64,000 nt of DNA from Candidatus Thorarchaeota archaeon. GTDB taxonomy: Archaea; Asgardarchaeota; Thorarchaeia; Thorarchaeales; Thorarchaeaceae. Location of the stretch: contig JBHLQH010000012.1 of assembly GCA_048884965.1 (NCBI GenBank), positions 1-64,000 on the forward strand. The letters run 5' to 3'. The notes beneath the pieces are model-generated. The model worked only from the letters and a program-made list of their open reading frames with translations. It was not told where the DNA came from and ran no database searches. Shown here piece after piece: positions 39,009-49,600 of this stretch (positions are counted from its first letter, which is position 1; each line of letters begins with the position of its first letter). Made by a program: the position numbers and the translations under genes.

Positions 39009-39671
39009 TCAAGAAGATTTCTCCCTTTTCCCATATTTCCTTAGATAATATTGCCGCATGAAATGTGCCTCGAATTTATTGATTTCCTTCGCTCCTCCGA
39101 GGAACTCTGATTCGATGAAAGCCTTGCAGGCCTTCTCTAGGACGAAGGTGCAGGTGAATGCCTCTTCCATATCTCGACCGATGCAGACAGCACCATGATT
39201 TGCCATAAGCGCAGCATTTCGCCCCTTCAATGCTTTCATGGTCTTCTTCACAATCTTCTTTGTAGACGGAAGGGCATACTCGGCTACTCGAATGGTAGGA
39301 CCAATGATCTGCACCATGTCATCGAGAATAGGAGGAACCTCCCTTCGAGCCACAGCTACAGTGGATGCGTTCATTGAATGAGAGTGGATGACTGCACCAA
39401 TATCCTTTCTATCCTTGTAGATAGCGACATGCAACTTCATCTCAGCAGATGGCTTATGCTTGCCTTCCCAGTTGATATCATCCGAGCTGAAGTCTACGAT
39501 CGCTATATCTTCGGGAGTAAGGGTTTCATAGCCCATTCCTGATGGAGTTATGGCCATTCGTTGTAGATCGACTCGACAGGAGATATTACCCCAAGTCCCA
39601 CCAACGAGTCCATTAGCAATGAGTTTCTTTCCAGCCTCACAAACGATGCTTTTTGCCTCATCTGCATTCAT
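39009..39671 (-). CDS. Class II aldolase/adducin family protein (L-fuculose-phosphate aldolase-like)
   Basis: 'GTWGNIS', 'ITPSG', 'PSAE..LH', 'VIHSHS', 'LMANHG'; ATG at 39671 with GGTGA SD. Confidence 0.92.
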   Translation of the reverse strand: MNADEAKSIVCEAGKKLIANGLVGGTWGNISCRVDLQRMAITPSGMGYETLTPEDIAIVDFSSDDINWEGKHKPSAEMKLHVAIYKDRKDIGAVIHSHSMNASTVAVARREVPPILDDMVQIIGPTIRVAEYALPSTKKIVKKTMKALKGRNAALMANHGAVCIGRDMEEAFTCTFVLEKACKAFIESEFLGGAKEINKFEAHFMRQYYLRKYGKREKSS

Positions 39672-39672
39672 T

Positions 39673-41223
39673 TCAATCACCTGAAGGGATAGCGAATCTC
39701 GCCTCATTTGCCTTCTTATAGACTTCTCTTAACGATGAATAGATTTCCTTGTAAGTTTCAAAGAGTGAATCATACACTCCAAAGTTCTCCTTATGAGGAG
39801 TGAATATTCCGGTTTCCTTGACGATCTCTTTCGCGAATCTGAAATCAGAGAATATCCCAGCTCCTACGAAGCCAATCATCGCAGCACCAATAGCACCAAC
39901 GTACATAGGTTGCTCGAATGTCCGGATGTTCCGTTTTGTCACATCTGCAAGAATCTGCATCCATTCTTTGCTAAGAGACCCTCCCCCAACGACGTTCACA
40001 TCTGTGATGGTAAACCCAAAGTCCTTCTCAAAATTCTCAATGATCCACCGCAGGTTATAGGCGATACCTTCGTCGATAGCACGGATGACGTGAGCGCGTG
40101 TGTGCTCTAGACCCAGATTGAAGATGGTTCCTCGGGTGGTAGTAGTACTTACAGGACAGCGTTCTCCCAAGACCCATGGGGTGATGATGAGATGATCAGA
40201 ACCAATTGGCACCGATGATATCTCTTGGTCCATGAGGTGGAAGACCTCGACATCATTCGGATCGAGTGATATTCCCTTGTAGAGCTCCTTGGATGCCCAT
40301 TCAAGCAGGATGCCTGCTGACTCAGTCACACCGACAACGATGTTCTTCTCAGGGTCAGCACTTTGGAGAGTTACTGCTCCGTTCCTGAACTTCGGAGCTT
40401 GCTCAGTTGCGATACCAAACCATGCGGAGGTTCCGAGATAGATGTGTGACTCCCCCTCTTCGACTGCTGTCGAGCCAACTAATGCGGATTGCGTATCATC
40501 ACATCCTCCGAAGACAGGAATGCCTTCAGGAAGTCCCATGGACTCTGCAGCAACCGCAGTAAGCCCAGTACCAACTGGATCAATAGAACGAACAAGTGGT
40601 GGCAGCTTCTCCTTGTCAATCCCAATCAGCTTGAAGATGAGATAGTCCCAATCCTTCTTTTTTAAGTCAAAAGAATAGGAACATGCCCCTGACCATTCAG
40701 CTACCTTCTCACCTGTGGCTTTGAATTTCAAGAAACCATTAACATCCAAGAAGAGATCAGCTTTCTCATAGATATCTTGTCGTTCTTGCTTGAGCCAGAG
40801 CAACTTGCAGACAACATCCTTCCCAGTTATCTCAATCCCAATTATAGACTTGAAGACCTTCGTCCCACCAATCTTGCGCATAATCTGCCGGGCTTGCTTC
40901 TCAGCCCTACCATCTACCCAAGAGATATTCGGATGCAGTACAACACCGTTCTTGTCAATAGGGATAACTCCCATGGCTTGAGTGGTGAAGACGATTCCTG
41001 CTAGATTATCTTTGGAAAGCTTATAATTCGACGATATCTGACGAGTAGTCTTCACAATAGCATTCCAGTAGTCTTCAGGATCCTGCTCCACCCATCCTGG
41101 ACGGGGAGTATGAAGAGGATAGTCCTCTATGGCATGTGCGACAACATGTCCATTTGAATCAACTAAGGCAGTCTTCACACTACTTGTTCCTACATCGTGC
41201 GCAATCACATATATTGGCATCAT
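39673..41223 (-). CDS. FGGY-family carbohydrate kinase (xylulokinase-like)
   Basis: 'HDVGTSSVK', 'EQDPEDYW', 'SWVDGR', 'GCDD', 'YLGTS', 'GERCP', 'GGGS.S..WMQILADV'. Confidence 0.95.
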   Translation of the reverse strand: MMPIYVIAHDVGTSSVKTALVDSNGHVVAHAIEDYPLHTPRPGWVEQDPEDYWNAIVKTTRQISSNYKLSKDNLAGIVFTTQAMGVIPIDKNGVVLHPNISWVDGRAEKQARQIMRKIGGTKVFKSIIGIEITGKDVVCKLLWLKQERQDIYEKADLFLDVNGFLKFKATGEKVAEWSGACSYSFDLKKKDWDYLIFKLIGIDKEKLPPLVRSIDPVGTGLTAVAAESMGLPEGIPVFGGCDDTQSALVGSTAVEEGESHIYLGTSAWFGIATEQAPKFRNGAVTLQSADPEKNIVVGVTESAGILLEWASKELYKGISLDPNDVEVFHLMDQEISSVPIGSDHLIITPWVLGERCPVSTTTTRGTIFNLGLEHTRAHVIRAIDEGIAYNLRWIIENFEKDFGFTITDVNVVGGGSLSKEWMQILADVTKRNIRTFEQPMYVGAIGAAMIGFVGAGIFSDFRFAKEIVKETGIFTPHKENFGVYDSLFETYKEIYSSLREVYKKANEARFAIPSGD

Positions 41224-41351
41224 TTCAATGGCCTCAGAATATTCTCTGGAGGGTGTCTACTGAATGCTGCCTATAATTCAATCCAAGTGAAATAGGTTTC
41301 TTCTCAGGTGTTATTTAGAAGAAGACCATGTTCTGTGAAAAATAAGATAGA

Positions 41352-41376
41352 TAGGCAATCCGAATCGGACTGCCTA
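41352..41376 (-). terminator. Stem-loop followed by T-rich tract downstream of SSB
   Basis: Minus strand TAGGCAGTCCG-ATT-CGGATTGCCTA (11-bp stem with one G.U), then TCTATCTTATTTTT. Confidence 0.65.
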
Positions 41377-41402
41377 ATTATATTCTGTGTACCTAGTGTT
41401 GA

Positions 41403-41945
41403 CTAGTACCTTCGACCGCCGCTGCGTCGGTCTCTGCCGCCGCCACCACCGCCGCCATAGCCTCGATCACGATCTCGTCCGCCGCCGCCGTATCCGCCAC
41501 CGCCACCGCCACCGCCGTAGCTACTACGACCGCCGCCACCACCGCCACCACCGTAGCTTCGGCGTCTGGTGTCTTCGTGCTCAACAGCTGACATGTCATT
41601 ATCGGTCTTTACATCTTCAATGGCTGTTTCAGCTGCACTGAGTTCACCGTATTTTCCAACGTTAAGTCTCAAATTACCTCTAAACAATCCAGTGTATCCA
41701 TTCTTGAGTAAGTAGCTCTCGCCAACCTCAACACTATCGATGTGGTCATCCCATAGTGGTACAGCAACTGTACCAGTTGAATCACCAACTACTGCATCTA
41801 GTACTCTATGTGAAGCTCCGTCATTTCTTGAAGATACTTCACGCTCTTCACCTAGTTCGATCACCTTGAAGGAAATGACCAGGTTTTTCATCTGTGGCTT
41901 CAATTCAGCCACTGTAGCCTCAATAGGCTCTCTGTCGTAACTCAT
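41403..41945 (-). CDS. ssb: Single OB-fold single-stranded DNA-binding protein (crenarchaeal SSB/RPA-like) with Gly/Arg/Tyr-rich tail
   Basis: 'TVAELKP..KNL...FKVIELGEEREV', 'VGDSTGTVAVPLWD', 'NGYTGLFRGNLRLNVGKYG'; tail of (S/G)YGGGG and RDR repeats. Confidence 0.88.
   Translation of the reverse strand: MSYDREPIEATVAELKPQMKNLVISFKVIELGEEREVSSRNDGASHRVLDAVVGDSTGTVAVPLWDDHIDSVEVGESYLLKNGYTGLFRGNLRLNVGKYGELSAAETAIEDVKTDNDMSAVEHEDTRRRSYGGGGGGGGRSSYGGGGGGGGYGGGGRDRDRGYGGGGGGGRDRRSGGRRY
41415..41562 (-). repeat. GC-rich GGC/GGT trinucleotide low-complexity tract encoding the poly-Gly tail of SSB
   Basis: Runs of ccg/cca on the + strand, strongly GC-rich relative to the rest of the window. Confidence 0.8.
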
Positions 41946-42233
41946 TTGTATCACTCACTTATGCCAAAGCATAATTGATTACAGGGCGTCAAAAAATAAG
42001 CGGGTTCATCTGGGGAGGTGCGAAACGGTGCGTAACCAATCACGAACTCTTTCTGAGAAAACGCGTCTTGCTTGTGTTTCCTGTAGCCTATTCTCCAAAT
42101 CATACCCTTATAGTACTGTGCATTGAGCTTTTTTCTGAAGATTGAGAAGGCATGCCCCTCCTCCATGAAATGCTAGCGAACCTTGATCTCCTTGAGGAGG
42201 GACTTGTCTCTTATGACATCCTATGCCTATCTC

Positions 42234-44840
42234 TCATCCAGTCTTCTTCTTAGTGACAATGATGGCGATTACGACAACCACAATAGCACCACCAAAACCT
42301 ACAGATAGAACCAGAGGCAAAAGTGGATCGGGTGGCAACTCAGTATCAGTGCCTGTGGTTGTATCAGTAGAAGTTGTTGTGCTCGTTGTCGTAGTCGTTG
42401 TAGATTCTGTAACGGTTACCCAAACTGTATCTTTTTCAAAATTGAGGTAGTCATCATATACTAGTACAGTCACATTATAGACTGCAGGGCTGAGATCATC
42501 CACTGATAATGTGATTGAGAATGATACTGCAGATATGGTTTGATTAGCGATTTCAGTTCCATTCACATATATCCTATATCCTCCAAGGTTATAGTCAGAC
42601 ACAACCCATACTAATTCATTTCCAGTGGTACTCTCCTCAAATTCAAGATCATCGGGAGTTTCTGAAAATGATGGTGAAACAGTATCACTTACTGTTATGG
42701 TTATCATCTTCAGGATATAGTTCGAATAGATATCTTCCGCGTAGACACCAAACTCGTAGGCATCGGCTGTATCAAGATTCGTTGTATTAGTGATCAGGCC
42801 ACTACTATCAATTGCGAAAAGATCGTTTGCGCCAACGCTAAGCCAGTAGCTCTGGATTCCAGAGGGATCCGTTGCACTAATCTGGTAGCTGAAGGACTCT
42901 CCAAACTCAGCATGTTGGTCCACTGGTTCAGTGATCCATGCTGGACCAACTGTGTCCTCAACCTCCACAATGGACTGATTCCAGATGAAGTGTCCAGACA
43001 CATGATATAGAATTACTGTGACATTATGAACACCCACCGGAAAGCCATCTATTGGTACATCAAACAGTGTTCCAGGCCAATCTCCTGCTGCATACTGAGT
43101 TCCATTTCTCAGTGCCTCATACTTCCATGGATTAAGTGCTTGGGACCACCAGGGCATGAGGTGACCAGTTGACGTGAACTCATAACCAGTTGAATCAGCT
43201 GGAGTCATGTTAAGACTAACAGTAGGATAGTAATCGACTCCAGAACCTGCTCCAGGAATTACATAAGAACCAGTTCCAACATAGTCACTCCACCAATTTC
43301 CTATTGTACTCTTGTTCCAATAGTTAGTATCTATCGCGGTATCTAAGGCATTTCCAGCGACATTCCAACCTATATCGTTATAGTACAACTCGCAATCATC
43401 CGTATTTATCAGGAATATCCCGTATTCTTGATTGTCATAGAGTACATTCCACGTGACGGTCCAGTTGTCTGACATATAATTGTAAATTCCAGAATCCAGG
43501 TTATCATGAATGGAGTTGTTGTAGACGGTCAGATTGTGTGCGAAAACGCCATGTAAGCCGAATCTGAAATTCTCATACACATTGTTGTCCTTAACTTCGC
43601 AGAACAGTGAAGAGCCAATGAAGATACCATCCTGTGTGTTGTTGTAAACCTCATTTTCAAGAATCTTGATGAAATTAGTATTTGCCAGTGAGATTCCGCA
43701 ACCTTCATCTGATTCGCCTCTGTTGCCATGTATCTCATTGCTTAGTATTGTGCAATTGTCTGAGAATTCAACAGATATGCCATGCTGGGTATTGTTGTAT
43801 AGATGATTGTCCACCACAAGGATGAAATCGGACCCATCCACATAGATTCCATTCCATGTGTTATTGTAGATCTCATTATTCCTTATTTCACAATCTTGAG
43901 AGGCGCTCACAGAGATGCCGCAACGGACACCGCCATCACCCCTGTTCTGATACACCTCATTATCTGTAACAGTGCAGTTTCGGGAGCCTACCAAAGTAAT
44001 ACCATGAATAGTGTTGTTGTGGATTTCATTATCATGGATATCTACAAAATCGCTGTTCCCAATCTGAATGCCAGCATATGTATTCTCAAATATGTGATTA
44101 TCAAAAATCTCCCAGAAATCGACTTCCCAGAGGTTTATTCCACATTCAGGACTCAGATCGTTGTCGTAGATCGTATTATTCTCGATGGTTGAGTTGTAGG
44201 CATAGGATGCATATACTCCTATATTGTTATTACTGTAAATGAAATTATCAGAGATAGTTGTGTAATTGGAATCTCCGGAGATGTAGATACCACTATTCTG
44301 ATGAAAGTATATCTCACACCCATTGATTTCAACATAGTTTGAGGATGTAGATGATATTCCTCTCCAGTTATCAAAGATGGTACAATTATCGATAACAAGA
44401 TTGGGGGTATCATCTGCATAAATACCATAGAACTTTCTTGTTATCGTAGTATCCTCAATCCTCGCATGAGAAACATTGACAAGAAGAATCCCATTTTCAT
44501 TGCGGTACGTTGTCTCATTCAGCAAACATCCTCTGATTATGAAATACAAGGATACATCTTGAATCTGAATGCATGCAGTACTAGACGTGATATTATAATT
44601 CTCAATGATGTATGGGAAGTCGATGCTACCCTCTCCGTCCCATTCGTAGTTACTAGCGGCATTTTCAAAGGCAGTATCCCCTACTATATCGATTGGACCG
44701 AACTCATCATACGCATTGATGAATTCTATCCTTGGGGGATTATTCATCATTTCATTGTTGCTGATTGCAGTATCGGAAACAGCAGTCATCAACACTATTG
44801 TCAATAGAATACCAAATAGAAAAGCCTGTGCGTGCTTCAT
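42234..44840 (-). CDS. Surface glycoprotein: signal peptide, right-handed beta-helix (NosD/PbH1), Ig-like domains, Thr-rich linker, TM anchor
   Basis: 'GEGSIDFPYIIEN', many 'N.I..N.IY.N...GI' rungs, 'GNWWSDY.G', poly-Thr, C-terminal TM followed by KKK. Confidence 0.9.
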   Translation of the reverse strand: MKHAQAFLFGILLTIVLMTAVSDTAISNNEMMNNPPRIEFINAYDEFGPIDIVGDTAFENAASNYEWDGEGSIDFPYIIENYNITSSTACIQIQDVSLYFIIRGCLLNETTYRNENGILLVNVSHARIEDTTITRKFYGIYADDTPNLVIDNCTIFDNWRGISSTSSNYVEINGCEIYFHQNSGIYISGDSNYTTISDNFIYSNNNIGVYASYAYNSTIENNTIYDNDLSPECGINLWEVDFWEIFDNHIFENTYAGIQIGNSDFVDIHDNEIHNNTIHGITLVGSRNCTVTDNEVYQNRGDGGVRCGISVSASQDCEIRNNEIYNNTWNGIYVDGSDFILVVDNHLYNNTQHGISVEFSDNCTILSNEIHGNRGESDEGCGISLANTNFIKILENEVYNNTQDGIFIGSSLFCEVKDNNVYENFRFGLHGVFAHNLTVYNNSIHDNLDSGIYNYMSDNWTVTWNVLYDNQEYGIFLINTDDCELYYNDIGWNVAGNALDTAIDTNYWNKSTIGNWWSDYVGTGSYVIPGAGSGVDYYPTVSLNMTPADSTGYEFTSTGHLMPWWSQALNPWKYEALRNGTQYAAGDWPGTLFDVPIDGFPVGVHNVTVILYHVSGHFIWNQSIVEVEDTVGPAWITEPVDQHAEFGESFSYQISATDPSGIQSYWLSVGANDLFAIDSSGLITNTTNLDTADAYEFGVYAEDIYSNYILKMITITVSDTVSPSFSETPDDLEFEESTTGNELVWVVSDYNLGGYRIYVNGTEIANQTISAVSFSITLSVDDLSPAVYNVTVLVYDDYLNFEKDTVWVTVTESTTTTTTSTTTSTDTTTGTDTELPPDPLLPLVLSVGFGGAIVVVVIAIIVTKKKTG

Positions 44841-44956
44841 CCATCTCCCTCTTTTGCAGAATGCGAACGGAGTATGTGTCTATATGGTTCCTGATATGCT
44901 TTTCGACATTTGGAGAAGACATTTCCCATAGCATGGAATTATGTAGTTCTATTCAT

Positions 44957-46423
44957 CTAGGTGCATGATTCGACGCTAGTAAGTACACGTCTGAATCGTT
45001 CTATTGCATCATCAATCACTTCATCAGTATCTGCCAGGCTAGTGTACATACGAGAGCCAGCCAATGTCACGATACCCTCAGCCATATAGGCAGCACCAAT
45101 TTCCTCCATAAAATGCTGACGAACTTTGATCTCCTTGAGGATGGACTTGATTCTGATGACATCCTTGGGAAGACTGATCCTTATGAACATCGTACCTGAG
45201 GTCTCTAGATGACAGATTGCTCCTTGATTATAGGCAACAAATGGAAGCTTCATGTCATCAATGATCTCCTCAAGACCTTTTGTCAGACGGTCTCCTGCCT
45301 TGCCTGCAATTTCACAGGCATTGGTTCTTTCGATTTCTTGGATTGTATAATAGCCCGCAGCTGAGCTAAGTGGATTTGCAGCAAGGGTTCCACCAACATA
45401 GGCTCTTTTCTTGCCACCTCCGACACCAGCTGCCAAATGCTCCATTAGATCCTTCTGTCCACCTAGTCCTCCTGCAGCAGGATAACCTCCTGCTACTATC
45501 TTCCCAAACGTTGTTAGATCAGGAGTGACTCCAAAGTAGCCTTGAGCTCCTGCGAGTCCGATCCTTCCGAAAGTAACGACTTCATCGAATATTAGAAGAG
45601 TATCATACTGATCACAAAGCTCTCTAATCTGCTTGTTGTGGTCCTTGTCTACTGGACGTGTGCCAGACTCTGGTCCAACGGGTTCGACGATTACTGCTGC
45701 AGTCCCGCCAAGTAGTCTATTTCTGGAGAGCTTCTTCCGAAGCTTGTCAATGTCATTGGGATACACCTCATGAGTGTGCTTCCTGCAGCCACCGGGAATA
45801 CCATGAGCCTCAAAACCTCCTGTTCCAGGGATGTGTAGTCCGTACACCATCTGGTCACTCCAACCATGATAGGCTCCACCCATCTTGATGACTTTCTTTT
45901 TCCCTGTTGCCAATCGTGCGACTCGAATCGCGGCCATTACAGATTCTGTGCCGCTTCCAAGCATACGAAACATCTCGACAGCAGGTAGGTGCTTGTTGAT
46001 CTCTTTGGCTAATTTGAGCTCAAATTCAGAGAAGAGACCAGTGACTGGGCCTCTCTCGTTAATGAGCTCTATGATCTTCTCTCTAACAGGAGCATAATTA
46101 TTGCCAAGAATGATAGGTCCTCCGGCTTGCAAGAAATCAATATAGCGGTTCCCATCGATATCCCATAGATACGCACCTTCAGCTCTATCAATGACTATTG
46201 GGAATGGATAGTTAAATGCAAGATTATGTTGCACGCCGCCAGGGATGTACTGCTGGGCTTCAGAGATCATTTCCTTTGATTTCGCACATCTCTGTTCGAA
46301 ATACTCAAGATATTTCTTCAAAGCATCTTCCTGAATCTTCTGCACTGGTAATTCCATCAGATGAGACAATTTTCGATAGATCTCTGCAGTATCATGATAG
46401 TTTGAAATGCTATAACCCGTCAT
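44957..46423 (-). CDS. Class III PLP aminotransferase (glutamate-1-semialdehyde aminomutase-like)
   Basis: 'IPGGVQH', 'GAYLWDIDGNRYIDF', 'SGTES..AAIRVAR', 'YHG', 'LIFDEV', PLP lysine in 'TTFGKIVAGG'. Confidence 0.9.
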   Translation of the reverse strand: MTGYSISNYHDTAEIYRKLSHLMELPVQKIQEDALKKYLEYFEQRCAKSKEMISEAQQYIPGGVQHNLAFNYPFPIVIDRAEGAYLWDIDGNRYIDFLQAGGPIILGNNYAPVREKIIELINERGPVTGLFSEFELKLAKEINKHLPAVEMFRMLGSGTESVMAAIRVARLATGKKKVIKMGGAYHGWSDQMVYGLHIPGTGGFEAHGIPGGCRKHTHEVYPNDIDKLRKKLSRNRLLGGTAAVIVEPVGPESGTRPVDKDHNKQIRELCDQYDTLLIFDEVVTFGRIGLAGAQGYFGVTPDLTTFGKIVAGGYPAAGGLGGQKDLMEHLAAGVGGGKKRAYVGGTLAANPLSSAAGYYTIQEIERTNACEIAGKAGDRLTKGLEEIIDDMKLPFVAYNQGAICHLETSGTMFIRISLPKDVIRIKSILKEIKVRQHFMEEIGAAYMAEGIVTLAGSRMYTSLADTDEVIDDAIERFRRVLTSVESCT

Positions 46424-46608
46424 TCTACCTTCACAGTACCTAGCAGAGTACTAACATCAATGAATAGTTTGTGGCTGGCTGAGTAAACCGGAAGAGTATT
46501 GATCGCATCCTACATACTCGCGCATATTTATAGGTTAGATTGCACAATGTAGCCTACCATTGATTCATAGTTCTTATCCAATTATTTGGATTCTATTTCT
46601 TTTATGTC

Positions 46609-49600
46609 GTGGTAATTCGCGTGGGATGTGATGTAGTGAGAAAGAGATTTGGTTTTCTCGTGGCGTTGTTCATTGTAACTCTGTTTCTTGGATCAGAAAT
46701 GTATGTGATTTCAAATAATGCAAGGGGAGTTTCAGGAGAAAGAGCTATGAGTAGCGCTCAAGGAATGATTCCTGAAATTCAAAGAACCTTGAGCAGTACA
46801 CCGCCACCAAGAACACCGGTTGACCTAAAGGAACTTGTGACCGAATTGTTATCAGTCACGCCTGTGAGCCATCAAAGTGACTATGATGGCGACCTACTGT
46901 ATGACGCTGTTGAAGCAGTAATTGGGACAGACCCAACAGAAAATGATACGGATCATGATCAGTTAACTGACTACAACGAGATTATGTTCTTCGGAACAGA
47001 CCCAAAGCTTCCTGATTCCAATGATGATGGACTCTTTGACTATGATGAAGTGAGTGTGACACTCGATCTTGACAATGACGCTATGCCAAACGCTTGGGAT
47101 TTTGATAATGACAACGACGGAGTGAATGATGCATCTGATCTTTCACCAATGGCAAAATCACAGACACGCGCCTCAATCCCAATATCAATTCATACGGATG
47201 GACAACCTACCTATATCACCTTTCAACTTGTACCTGCAGATATTGAGTATCTGAGATTTATCTACCAGACATGGGATTGGAAAGACGATGATCACGAAGG
47301 ACAAATGCAGGACTTGGATGGTTCAAAAGATGACATCTCTCTAGTACCATACTTACGCCTTGAAGGAAACACATTTCCAGCTCAAGCTGATATGGATGAA
47401 TTTGGAGTCTTAGGACCAGAAGATGTGGGAGGAATGTGGCATACGGTAAATGCCATATCAGTACCACTATCGCCGGTTTATGAGTTTGAGAACATTGTCG
47501 CATTCAATGGCCGAATTCTATATGCAATCTCAACACCGGCTGATATCAGTTTTCAAGCAAAACTTGAGTGGAAAGTCATAGGAGAAACAGATGTTACATC
47601 TTCAAATATGAAAATTGGCGATGACTACATCTCTTATGGACAAGACATGATCGCTACAGCTAATGTCAGTGATGAGTACAACGCGGCATATGTGGAATGG
47701 ATTACTCTAAGTGAAACAGCGAGTATATCGACTATCGCGATAAAAATCATCGATGGACCGTATCTGGCGGTTGCTCCGGATGACAAGACGCTGGTTTTCA
47801 ACTCCACAAACCTTGGGGTTCGCGAAACATTCCGATACTACAAGAATCAGAAATGGTTAGAAGATTTTAATGGTAATTTCACTTCTGTGAAGCCAGATGG
47901 TACTTGGGGACTGATTCCGTATGCTGGTGCAGGCTCCCTTCTATCTGTCATAGATAGGATTGACACTGTCTACGCACGCAGTACACCCTTAGTCAAGTAT
48001 ACAGAACCCTTCAAGCTAACTGGTTTGACAGTGCAGGAGTTCTATGGCACAGATGTTGGGATATTCTACAATGTCACAGACAAGAACCAAACCATAGCAG
48101 GACATTGGTTGATGGATTACAAATTTGTGAACAATGCTACAACAACCCTTACAGACATGCCAAGTCTACTTCAGGATAACGATGTAGCAGTAGCACATCT
48201 TACGAGTACTGTACGAGACAAGTACCAATCTCTTGTTGAACTTAGAGAGAATCTAGTACCAGTGGCACTGGGTTCAGCAGCCATTGGAGAAGTGATTCCA
48301 ATCACTATCGCAATCGAGGATAATAGCAAAATTGTGGAGCTATCTGAAACTCTGACTGCAACATACATTCTCAGCGGGACCTGTTCAGTGAATCTTGCAT
48401 CAGCTGACTTGGTCACGAGCAAGTCATTGAAGATGAATTGGTATAATTCTTCAACCTATACCGGTCTCAGCCAAGTCGAGATATCCACCGAGCTGTTATC
48501 ATGGGGTCTTGATGGCAATGCAACATTCAATCTCCAACTCGCACTCATGCGATGGCATTCTGGAGAAAACAAGATCACCAAAGTAAATGCAGTAGAGCAA
48601 ATTATGGACGAATTCAATCCGACGGAACTCGATACAATATCCTATATCGGTCTAGCGGGGCTCGAATCCTTTGCATTTGCTGGCAAGGTTATTACATTCT
48701 TTAAGAACTGGAATTACTTGAAAGAACTCGCCGATCCGCAATTCTACGATTTCATGCTAGATTGCTTATACAAAATGGCAGGAGGGGTTATGTCTAAGAC
48801 ATCCATGACAACATATCTTTTCAAGAACAGCAAGTTCATTGCAACTCTTAGGTTCGGAGACCAACTCACTGACTGCGTCAAGTCGTCAAAATATGCTATG
48901 TCTTTCAAAGACTTTGAGTCAGCCCTTTTCATTATCGGGATTATTGTTGAGATTGGCCTCGGTATCGCCGCAGGCTGCATGATCGCAGATCAAATTGGTG
49001 GATCAGCAGGTAGAGAGTTCGGAACTGCGTATGGAATCCTAGCAGTAATTGTGGGAGTATGGCTTGCAGGAGTCTATGCACTCATAGGTACTATACCGTT
49101 CATAGGATGGTTGATTTCCTTAGGATGCGCTATCTATGATGCCACCACAAACTTCTCACAGAACATGATAGTAAAGTGGGTTCAAGGACTGTATGGAAAT
49201 ATCTGTCGTCTAGGACAAACGATTCCTAATGTCTTTGTTGAGAATGTGCCAACTATATCTACGTATGATGTTGATGACAATGGTAATGATCTTGGGGATT
49301 TTATCGTAGTGAATGGAACACTGTGGAATGAAATCGATGTAGCTATCAAATATATACCTACATTCTGGGATATGTGGGACATAGAGAATACTTTCCAGTT
49401 TGAGCTCGTACGGCTTGGGTTGACATCTCCCGACTTCTTTCCGGAGAATTCGGAATACCTCACCTGGATCCTACCTTATGTTGATATTATTGCACCTGAA
49501 GGCTCAAACTCACTTACACCGCAGCCCTATTCTACATTTCAGCAGTATATGTGGGAAATGACTCAGGACTACCTCCTAGGACGTCTTGACGCCCTTGATT

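Noticed and set aside
39009-41223. Gene symbols fucA / xylB
   Set aside because: Substrate specificity cannot be assigned from motifs alone.
41960-42170. tRNA/ncRNA or 71-aa ORF upstream of ssb
   Set aside because: No cloverleaf or recognisable RNA family, and the ORF lacks coding features. Possibly just a long 5' UTR.
44957-46423. Gene symbol hemL
   Set aside because: The family is clear, but there are no tetrapyrrole genes nearby and the context suggests another substrate.
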